Part shown: positions 61,896-64,000 of the stretch, one piece after another | Layout of the letters: each line of letters opens with the position of its first letter | How positions within the stretch are numbered: the first letter of the stretch is position 1 | DNA from: Bugula neritina | Taxonomy: Eukaryota > Animalia > Bryozoa | Assembly: GCA_964035545.1 (NCBI GenBank) | Contig: OZ037773.1 | Location: forward strand, 5,175,751 to 5,239,750 | Direction of reading: 5' to 3' | Length of the DNA stretch: 64,000 nt | The notes under the pieces: generated by a model | What the model was told of the DNA's origin: nothing | The model's database searches: none | What the model saw: only the letters and a program-made list of their open reading frames with translations | Position numbers and translations under genes: made by a program

Positions 61896-64000
61896 ATTAT
61901 AGGCCATAGTTCATTAAAGGTCATAGTTCATTATAGGTCATAGTTCAAGCATAAAAGGAAATCTATATACAATTAGCCTAGGGCCACACTGTGCGTATTT
62001 TCGCATGCGAAAATTAAAATCACGGGTAGCAAAGGTGTCCACTGTAGGCTTATAAGCAACATATGGCCTGCAGTAAAATTTTGTTTTGTACGACATGCCA
62101 TTTCATATTTAAACATCTTTCATTGTACTTAAATCTTGTACGCAACTTTTAATGACAAGTAATACAGCATTTTAGTTTTTTATTATTGAATAGCATTATG
62201 ACATAATAACGGAATTATACTTCAATACATAAATTTTTAGTATTTCATAGTCTACATGAAACATCTTCGCATCAAATCACAATCTTTATGAGCTGAAATG
62301 TATACTGTGCAAGTTACAATCTTTATGGACTGGTGCATATACTGTGTAAACTACACTGCACTGTCTAATCATGCAACTTAGTCAACAACAACCAGCACTG
62401 AGCCAATACCACGCTCTCCATATTAACACTTAATTATAATTAAAAAAATTCAAAATAAAAGCTGCCATGTTATATTTGTTTTTAAACTGATGATTAGGTG
62501 TGAATAGCTGTAAAAGTTGCTTTACTCTACCACATGTTCCCTACATGCTAGGGTCAAGGAAATGTTAACTATAACTTACAATGTTTACGTGTCATGTGCA
62601 CTTGATTTATAGCAACCTTACCATGTGTATAAGAGGCACGTGTCTATTCATATGGCCTGCAGGGCAGATATATTTGTCTAATTAAATTATTCAAATGTTT
62701 TGAAACTTTTAACTTTCATTAAGAAATTATGGAGAAAAAGATAGCAATATTTAAGTAATCCTGCAACACTCATTTTGAATAGAGTAGCTGATTTCAACTT
62801 GAGTTTGAAAAAGTTGTTATCTAGCAATGTTAATACAACTACTATATTTTTTGCTACACCTTAGCTTATAAGTTCTAAACACGCAACCAGTTTCAAAATC
62901 CTTCTTTTTATTACCAAAGGTGCAGTATAAATTTAATGCATGTATATGCTAGCATAGTTTTTACGGTGACATAACATTTAACACAAAACATAACTTGTAT
63001 ACTTTAATAGGATTCATCACATGCACAAAAAACTAAATAAATTAAATAATACACAACAGAAAATACCACTATGATTACTAATGGCTCAATTTACCAACAG
63101 GAACAACCATAAAAAGCGGTAAAGTATTTGCCAAATGTCACAAACTGTTTCTGATAAAATTATTACATAATTATGACATGCTATCAGTATAATCCTGCTA
63201 ACCGTCATATATAGTGAAGTCATAGGGCTCCACTGATCACAGCACACTTCCACCTATCAGATGACAGTATATTATTCTGTAATTAGTCGTTATATTCAGG
63301 GTTGCTCAATAATTTAAGCTGTTCCTGCTTATGTGTCAACTTTCTAGTCAAACTGGCACAAAGAGTACCTATTTTCATAATATTACGAAAAAATTTCCGT
63401 TATATCCAGGAACGACCTGGCACAAAGTCGAGTATATGTAAAGATAAACTAAAGTGTTTTTCTTGCATATAAATGAGACAACAGGGAACAGGTGGCGGCT
63501 AGTGCAGACTCAGCTAATAGGTTAGTCTGTGTTGAAAACATTTATTTTAAATTAGGTATTTTTTTGTTCTTTATTATCACACAATTTTTATAACATTTTT
63601 ATTACTCTGTATATTATTTTACATTATTTTTTATTATCAATTACCTAATAAAAATAATACTTATAATAATTATAAACTATATAATGTTGCAGTATCCGAG
63701 AAATTTATGTTAACAAATATTTCTCAGATATTACAATATATTGTACACATCCTAGCATTTATAATTATGGACAATATTTATTATAAATATTATAATAAAG
63801 TTTAATGCAGATTATGCAGTAAATATCATCACAATCATAAGATGCGATTTTTCAATTTATATGACTATTATAGGCTTTTGCATTATCTGCATTAAACTTT
63901 ATCAAGTGGCTATAAATTATAGCAATTATTATAACGCATCATAAATTGAATAGCTTTGTGGATGTTTAGTTTGTATATAAAGTCAAGTATACAATGCACT

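Noticed and set aside
61978-63240. Possible transposon end TAGGGCCACACTG
   Set aside because: No inverted partner found. The similar motif at ~63223 is in direct orientation.

Overview
AT-rich, intron-containing eukaryotic (invertebrate-like) DNA; no prokaryotic features. The window starts with a multi-exon RhoGAP gene (- strand). Most of it (5.3-55.7 kb) is a tandem cluster of secreted lectin genes: ten 4-exon signal peptide + PAN/Apple + C-type lectin (CTLD) loci (nine intact, one pseudogene) and one signal + PAN + F-type lectin gene. A CS-alpha-beta defensin-like peptide gene follows at ~60 kb. I derived the exon models by hand from GT-AG sites and reading frame. The cluster looks modular. 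The PAN exon is almost always 238 nt (phase 0-1), near-identical PAN tracts sit in front of very divergent CTLDs on both strands, and one gene is a fusion of its two neighbours. CTLD sugar-binding motifs vary (QPD, EPN, QPN, RPN, QAD). Two direct repeats, each with a minimal type I hammerhead ribozyme, bracket the signal+PAN exons of one gene. Also present: tRNA-derived SINEs, two solo LTRs with the same TSD, TIR elements, and many micro/minisatellites.
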